Positions 58,377 through 64,000 of a DNA stretch of 64,000 nt are shown here, piece by piece (position 1 is the first letter of the stretch; the number at the start of each line of letters is the position of its first letter). Position numbers and translations under genes: made by a program. The notes beneath the pieces are model-generated. The model did no database searches and was not told the origin of the DNA. It was given only the letters and a program-made list of their open reading frames with translations. The stretch spans positions 4,998 through 68,997 of the forward strand of contig JBBPIH010000039.1 in assembly GCA_038040455.1 (NCBI GenBank), read 5' to 3'. The stretch is from Acidobacteriota bacterium. Its GTDB lineage: Bacteria > Acidobacteriota > Blastocatellia > UBA7656.

Positions 58377-58800
58377 CGCTATTCCTCAACGGCTCGCGCT
58401 ATCGCATTTCGGCGCGACCATAAGCGCGCATTCTACGAATCATCTCAAAAAGAATATGGCAACCGAATTCGGTCCGATTAAATCACAATGGGTCAGGAAA
58501 GTCTACCAGTTAATTCTCGCGCACTGCTGCACTGCGCCGGCCATTATGGAGAGTTAGCCCGAAACTGATTTACCGTCGAGGTTCGGCCGCCAGGTCACGG
58601 AAGCGCTTGTGAACAAGTGGATTCGAGCTCGGCGAGAACGGTCACTTAATTCGTTCGCGCTGTCGAGTGCCAGCTCGTTAGCACCTGGATTGGAGGAACG
58701 TAGGCTATTAGCCGACTTACATAGGGTCGACCAGTGCTTGACACTGACCATCCTTAGCATTAGGATGCAGTCGTTTTGGCAGGCCGGAACCAGCAAGAAA

Positions 58801-59556
58801 ATGGTAATCGCCATAGCTAATCAGAAGGGTGGAGTAGGAAAAACAACAACGGCAATCAACCTGTCGGCTGCCCTCGCCCGTGCGGGTAAGAAAGTTCTCC
58901 TCATTGATTTAGACCCGCAGGCCAACAGCTCGTTAACTTTTCTAGCTCACGATGCGATTGAGTTATCGATATATGAGTTGCTCACTGACACTCAAGTTGT
59001 CCGTGACAACGTGATAAGGTCGACCTCACTCTCAGGACTGGACATTTTACCTTCCAGAATCAGCCTTGCGAAGTTCGAGAGCAAGCTGATAGGCGAGTTT
59101 GACGCTCCATTCAGGCTCAAAGACAGAATGGATGGGCTTGGTGACGCCTACGAGTACATTGTGATAGATACCCCTCCGACGCTTGGTCTCATCACTGTGA
59201 ACGCTTTAGTTGCTTCAGACTATCTGATTGTACCGATTCAACCATCGTACTTCGCTCTCGAAGGAACCGACGACCTGTTGGACACCGTTGAAAAGGTGAG
59301 AGCAAGACCTAATCCTGATCTTAAGGTGTTAGGGGTGCTCATAACACTTCTGGATAAGAGGACCACTCTTGCGAAGGACATTCACGAACAGATCAGACAA
59401 GTATTTGGCGAAAAGGTATTTGATACAGTGATCAGCAAGTCCGTTCGCCTGGAGGAGAGCCCAGCTTATAAGGAATCGATTTTTACTTTCGCGCCGAACT
59501 CCACCGGCGCGGTCGAATACGCCAGCTTGTGCGAGGAGGTGATGCGTCGTGTCTAA
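58801..59556 (+). CDS. parA: chromosome partitioning ATPase ParA/Soj
   Basis: It has the deviant Walker A, KGGVGKTT. The start is ATG at 58801 (MVIAIANQKGG). The longer track ORF is rejected. Confidence 0.85.
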   Translation: MVIAIANQKGGVGKTTTAINLSAALARAGKKVLLIDLDPQANSSLTFLAHDAIELSIYELLTDTQVVRDNVIRSTSLSGLDILPSRISLAKFESKLIGEFDAPFRLKDRMDGLGDAYEYIVIDTPPTLGLITVNALVASDYLIVPIQPSYFALEGTDDLLDTVEKVRARPNPDLKVLGVLITLLDKRTTLAKDIHEQIRQVFGEKVFDTVISKSVRLEESPAYKESIFTFAPNSTGAVEYASLCEEVMRRV

Positions 59557-60367
59557 GAAAGGGTTACCGGAGAACTTTAGGCTACGCCACGATTCCCATT
59601 ATGTAGAATTGCTTACTGGTAGAGGAACCGGCGCACCGGTGGGGCGCATGATTCCTATAGACAAGCTTGCGCCAAACCCTCTTCAGCCGCGCGTCGAAAT
59701 AGGAGATCTTTCCGAGCTTGTGCTATCGATCAGAGAGAAGGGTGTTCTTGAACCTCTGCTTGTACGTCCGAGCGATGTAGGCGGCAGATTCATGATAATC
59801 AGCGGCGAGCGCAGGTACCGCGCAAGTTTGGAAGCCGGTCTTGCGGAACTTCCTTGCATCGAGATGGATGTAGACGACAGGGAAGTTGCGGAGATTTCGT
59901 TGATAGAGAACTTGCAGAGAAAGGACCTCACCGCTTTTGAAGAAGCCGATGGGCTGGTAGCTTTAGCAAAACGCTTTGGCTACAAGCACGAGGAGATCGC
60001 CCGAAAACTAGGCAAAGCACGAACGTCAGTGACCGAGACAATTTCGATTGCTAGCATACCGCCGGATATTAGAGACCTATGTCGGCGCGCCGACATAGCT
60101 TCGAAATCAATGCTGCTTCAGGTGGTGAGACAGCCAACCGACGACGAGATGCGAGAGTTCGTTTATAAGATCGGCGCTGCTGGCTTAACGAGGGACCAGG
60201 CTCGGGAAATGAGACAGGGCAAACCTCAAAAAGTTAGGAACTTTTCTTACCAATACGATGACCCGGATAATGAGTGGTCGCTCACGATCAGATTTCGAAG
60301 GCCCGAAGCGACTAATAAAGAGCTGATACGTGCTTTGAACGATGCCCTCTCGAAAATCGGCGATTAA
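59549..60367 (+). CDS. parB: chromosome partitioning protein ParB
   Basis: It carries the ParB box LEPLLVRP...ISGERRYRAS and an HTH. It overlaps parA by 8 nt. Confidence 0.85.
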   Translation: MSKKGLPENFRLRHDSHYVELLTGRGTGAPVGRMIPIDKLAPNPLQPRVEIGDLSELVLSIREKGVLEPLLVRPSDVGGRFMIISGERRYRASLEAGLAELPCIEMDVDDREVAEISLIENLQRKDLTAFEEADGLVALAKRFGYKHEEIARKLGKARTSVTETISIASIPPDIRDLCRRADIASKSMLLQVVRQPTDDEMREFVYKIGAAGLTRDQAREMRQGKPQKVRNFSYQYDDPDNEWSLTIRFRRPEATNKELIRALNDALSKIGD

Positions 60368-60391
60368 GAAACTCCCTTAAATGTTTTACCT

Positions 60392-60922
60392 TTACTTTTT
60401 TGCCAGCTCTGCCTTGTACCGCTTTGCTAACTTTCGAGCCAGTCTGTCGAGTTGAGGTTTGAACGGCTTAAGCAGTCGAACTCGGAGACCGCCCTGCTGC
60501 TCCCTCCATTTCTCAAAGTGCCTCTCCACGTAACTCTTGATGGCCGGTTCAAGCAACGTCTTCTTTACGCCCTTAGAGAGAGTAAGCTGATAATGCTGAG
60601 CGACGAGTGACAATACAACCTGGGCTAAGTTGGATTTCAAAGCGAGCTTGGTCAACAGCCGCTTTGGAAACTTCTCCTTGGGTGCCAAGACGCTCATTGA
60701 CACTTCGGCCCACGCTGATTGACCTCCCATCTTGGGATGATACAAGGCCGGTAAGCTGGCCCTTTGGGATGCCGAGAGTCTCGGCTCCATTATTGTATCC
60801 ACTAAGACAATTTTTGACAGACCCCGGAGGTGTTCTTGCGGGACAACCTCCAGTACTTTCTCGACATTTCGATTTAGGTTCTTGTTACTCTTACTCGATA
60901 GAACCTCAATTTTTACATTCAT
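60392..60922 (-). CDS. hypothetical basic protein
   Basis: The 176-aa ORF is Lys- and Leu-rich. I see no motif. Confidence 0.3.
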   Translation of the reverse strand: MNVKIEVLSSKSNKNLNRNVEKVLEVVPQEHLRGLSKIVLVDTIMEPRLSASQRASLPALYHPKMGGQSAWAEVSMSVLAPKEKFPKRLLTKLALKSNLAQVVLSLVAQHYQLTLSKGVKKTLLEPAIKSYVERHFEKWREQQGGLRVRLLKPFKPQLDRLARKLAKRYKAELAKK

Positions 60923-60974
60923 AATTTTCTTGAACCGGCGAGACGTGTGTTTGCAGTAGCTTATCTGCGAATAT

Positions 60975-62009
60975 CTACACTGTTCCTTTAAGCATGCTTT
61001 CCAGGACCGCTATCCTGGCTTCAAGCTTGCGAACTGTCTTTTGAATATCAGGTAGTCTAGAGAAAGCCGCTGATGACCGCAGCCAATTCTTGTGATCTAT
61101 TGCCGGGGAGCCGGAGACTATCACTCCAGCCTCGACCGAGCTGGCAATTCCCGTTTGTGGCGTCGCGATCGCGCCATCTCCGATGTTCAGATGCCCGGCT
61201 GCACCGACCTGTCCGGTGAGGACTACGCCTGTCCCTGTCCGGGTCGAGCCGGCCAGTCCCACCTGGGCGCATAAGAGGTTATCACTCCCGATGACGCACC
61301 CATGTCCAATGTGGACTTGGTTATCGATCTTAGTTCCTCTCTGAACCCGAGTCTCGTGCAGCGTGGCCCGATCGATTGTCGAGCACGCTCCAATCTCTAC
61401 GTCGTCCTCAACAATCACGGTGCCAGCCTGGATGATCTTGTACCACTCCCCATTCGATTGCTTCGCGTAGCCGAAACCGTCTGAGCCGACGACTGCGTTG
61501 TTCTGGATTATGCAGTTTTTTCCGATCACTACGCTCTCACGCACGACGCAGCCCGCATGTAATAGTGTCCCGTAGCCGATCTCGGCGCCCTCCTGTATGG
61601 TACATCTGGCATTTATTCGAACATGATCTCCCAAAACGACCCGTTCGCCGATATAAGAAAGAGGCCCAATATATACGTTCTCTCCGATCACAGCCGTGTC
61701 AGCAATCCATGCCGTCGGGTGAATCGAAGGACGCACTGCGGGCGCGGTAAAAAAAATCTCAACTGCCTTTGCAAATGCCAAATAAGGATTATCGTGTCGT
61801 AGAAGAGCTATACCCATCGCCGGGCAGTCGTTCCCGACGAGAAGAGCAGAAGCGCCAGTTCGCTTTGCTTCAGTCTGATACTTTGAGTTCGTGAGGAAGC
61901 TCAGATCACCTTCGCGAGCGCTTTCCAAGGTCGCCACGCCCAGAATGTCAATTGACCCGTCCCCTTCCAACTTACATGAGAGTCTATCCGCAACCTCTGC
62001 TAGTTTCAC
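60975..62009 (-). CDS. lpxD: UDP-3-O-acylglucosamine N-acyltransferase
   Basis: It has the LpxD N-terminal domain (MKLAEVADRL...) followed by left-handed beta-helix hexapeptide repeats. Confidence 0.8.
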   Translation of the reverse strand: MKLAEVADRLSCKLEGDGSIDILGVATLESAREGDLSFLTNSKYQTEAKRTGASALLVGNDCPAMGIALLRHDNPYLAFAKAVEIFFTAPAVRPSIHPTAWIADTAVIGENVYIGPLSYIGERVVLGDHVRINARCTIQEGAEIGYGTLLHAGCVVRESVVIGKNCIIQNNAVVGSDGFGYAKQSNGEWYKIIQAGTVIVEDDVEIGACSTIDRATLHETRVQRGTKIDNQVHIGHGCVIGSDNLLCAQVGLAGSTRTGTGVVLTGQVGAAGHLNIGDGAIATPQTGIASSVEAGVIVSGSPAIDHKNWLRSSAAFSRLPDIQKTVRKLEARIAVLESMLKGTV

Positions 62010-62170
62010 CGGCTAACCTTTTACAATCGTGAGTAGTGGCGAATTGTGGCCAAAACGATTTCTTCCGGCTTCAATAAGAAGAAACCATCGCGTCGGGCTT
62101 CTTTCCGAGCTCGCATAGAATATGGCAAACTGATCGCTACGGCGTCAACCCCTCGCAATCTTGGGCTTTT

Positions 62171-63055
62171 ATGAGTGCCTTACACGAAGAGGGATTTCTA
62201 AGCTATCTGCGGGTCGAACGAGGCCTGTCGGCCAACACGTTGACTGCCTACAGAAATGATCTGGCAAAGCTCTCACGCTTTGCGAAATCGTCCGGTAAGG
62301 ATCTCTTGTCATTGCAGGCGGATGATCTCGCGACTTTCATGCGGTCGCTCCATAATCAAGGCCTTCACCCGAAGTCCGTAGCAAGGACCTTGGTACCAGT
62401 TCGAGGTTTCTACAAGTTCCTTATACAAGATGGGCATCTGAAGCTTGACCCAACCGCAAACCTCGAAGCGCCAAAGGCGTGGCTGTCCCTGCCTCGGTTC
62501 CTGGCGGACGAGGAGATTGAGAGGCTGCTTAGCTCTCCAGTCACATCGACAGACTTGGGATTGCGAGACAAGGCAATGCTCGAGGTTCTGTATGCCACTG
62601 GCCTGCGTGTCTCCGAGATAGTTGGTTTGGCTCCGCGCAATCTCAACCTGGATCTTGGATTCCTGACAGTCTTTGGGAAGGGCGACAAAGAGCGGGCGGT
62701 TCCGCTAGGGAGGAGCGCAGTTGAGTGGACGCGGAAATACCTGCCCATTCGCATGCGATTAGCGGCTCAGGTCAAAGCTACGACGGCACTGTTTATTACT
62801 GACAACGGGAAGCCACTTACCAGGCAGGCGTTCTGGAGGATAGTGGTGTCGTACGGTCAAAAAGCGGGAATAGGTCACATCACACCTCACTTACTCAGAC
62901 ATACCTTTGCCACTCATCTGCTCGAGCACGGCGCGGACCTTCGATCGGTGCAGATGATGTTGGGGCACAGTGACATAAGTACGACGCAGATTTACACGCA
63001 CGTCACAAACGAGAGGCTCCGAGAGATATACAAGAAGTTCCATCCGCGGGCGTGA
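62171..63055 (+). CDS. xerD: tyrosine recombinase XerC/XerD
   Basis: It has an N-terminal SAM-like core-binding domain (LSANTLTAYRNDL) and the catalytic R..HLLRH..A..LL..G and Y (IYTHV) motifs. I cannot assign XerC versus XerD from sequence alone. Confidence 0.75.
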   Translation: MSALHEEGFLSYLRVERGLSANTLTAYRNDLAKLSRFAKSSGKDLLSLQADDLATFMRSLHNQGLHPKSVARTLVPVRGFYKFLIQDGHLKLDPTANLEAPKAWLSLPRFLADEEIERLLSSPVTSTDLGLRDKAMLEVLYATGLRVSEIVGLAPRNLNLDLGFLTVFGKGDKERAVPLGRSAVEWTRKYLPIRMRLAAQVKATTALFITDNGKPLTRQAFWRIVVSYGQKAGIGHITPHLLRHTFATHLLEHGADLRSVQMMLGHSDISTTQIYTHVTNERLREIYKKFHPRA

Positions 63056-63087
63056 CTCAGTGGATGTGTGAAACAACCGAGAGCAAG

Positions 63088-63384
63088 TCAGATCTCTGCG
63101 ATATGGGGACTGCGCGTGAACATCTCGACTAAGTAATCATGCAGGCAGTTGTATAGCTGCCGTTGAAAGTCCCATTCGAATCCTCTTGCCTCAATCTCTC
63201 TCGGCTTCAATTGAAGCCGGTAGGGTTCATCGTACACACTTCTTACCTTCAGCCAGATAATAACTTCGACCCCGGATGATACCTGTCGCGCTTCCCAGTC
63301 GAACAAAGGATGCGCATAGCGGGAGAGTTCCTTCATGACCTTCTCCAGGTATTCGCGTTCTTGTGTGCTATCTGGCTCCGACAC
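63088..63384 (-). CDS. hypothetical protein
   Basis: The 98-aa ORF has no motif. Confidence 0.3.
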   Translation of the reverse strand: MSEPDSTQEREYLEKVMKELSRYAHPLFDWEARQVSSGVEVIIWLKVRSVYDEPYRLQLKPREIEARGFEWDFQRQLYNCLHDYLVEMFTRSPHIAEI

Positions 63385-63648
63385 TGTGAGTTCCTCCTTA
63401 GGCTCATCAGAGATAAGGATTGTGATTATAGCTGACCATAAGAAAAAAGGTTGAACCGTTGGCGATCAGTAGGGACGAGTTCGAAAGCAGCCGAAGACAC
63501 TGCGGCGAGAGTCGCCATGGGAGCGTGAGAACTGTGGAGATAAGAAGCCGGGAGATCAGATTTCACCGCACTTGTTAGTGGTCCAAAGTTGACAAACGAA
63601 TTCGCCGGTCCCTAGTATGGATGCTGTAGTGAGCGTGAAGGCACCGTT

Positions 63649-64000
63649 ATGGAATCAAAAACACCGCAAGCTCGAGTGGCACAGGGCAAACAGCCGGTAC
63701 CCGGGATATCCAATATTGTCGCTGTCAGCTCTGGGAAGGGCGGGGTAGGGAAGTCAACGGTTGCCGTGAACCTTGCCATCGCGCTTGGCCAGTACGGCGC
63801 CAAGGTGGGGCTCCTTGATACTGACGTATACGGTCCTAATGTGCCGATCATGGTCGGTGTAAACGAGGAGCTGGCGGTGCGGGGGGAAAAGCTGGTTCCG
63901 CACCAGGTCCACGGGATAAAGGTTATGTCGCTGGGCTTCCTCAACCGCGGAGACCGGCCGGTAATATGGCGGGGGCCTATGCTGCATACCGCGGTTCGGC
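63649..64000 (+). CDS. apbC: Mrp/ApbC Fe-S cluster carrier ATPase (3'-truncated at window end)
   Basis: It has the P-loop VSSGKGGVGKST and the Mrp signature. The ORF is open to the window end. Confidence 0.8.
   Translation, partial: MESKTPQARVAQGKQPVPGISNIVAVSSGKGGVGKSTVAVNLAIALGQYGAKVGLLDTDVYGPNVPIMVGVNEELAVRGEKLVPHQVHGIKVMSLGFLNRGDRPVIWRGPMLHTAVR

Overview
This is a high-GC (about 60%) bacterial chromosomal segment, almost fully coding, from a Gram-negative-type organism (lpxD, an O-antigen-ligase-like gene and a DUF481 outer-membrane protein are present). I cannot determine the taxon from sequence alone. Housekeeping content: a split thiamine cluster (thiS-thiG ... thiE-thiD), rnhB, thrC, ppiB, tsaD-ribD-rsmA, rnj, ssb, parA-parB, xerC/D, lpxD, apbC (3'-truncated at the window end), one tRNA-Leu(TAA), three sigma-54-type or sensor-kinase two-component modules, and an ECF sigma factor followed by two anti-sigma factors. 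The most unusual part is a lower-GC (about 45%) island at about 29.35-34.3 kb. It carries a C-terminal TIR-domain protein with an unrecognised N-terminal domain, overlapping a zinc-ribbon NUDIX hydrolase, next to a DegT-family aminotransferase and convergent to a eukaryotic-type phosphomannomutase-family HAD protein. This looks like an undescribed NAD/ADP-ribose-centred system, either a defence or signalling module or an unusual nucleotide-sugar pathway. Two dispersed palindromic repeat families are visible: a 75-bp element with 24-bp inverted termini in three copies, and an AT-rich TTTCCATTT palindrome in two copies. There is also an inverted heptad-repeat (GCAGAAG) array, a DUF481 gene broken by two frameshifts, and membrane-fusion and ABC-ATPase genes with no permease gene nearby. 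All calls rest on motif recognition and reading-frame inspection of the sequence; no database searches were run.
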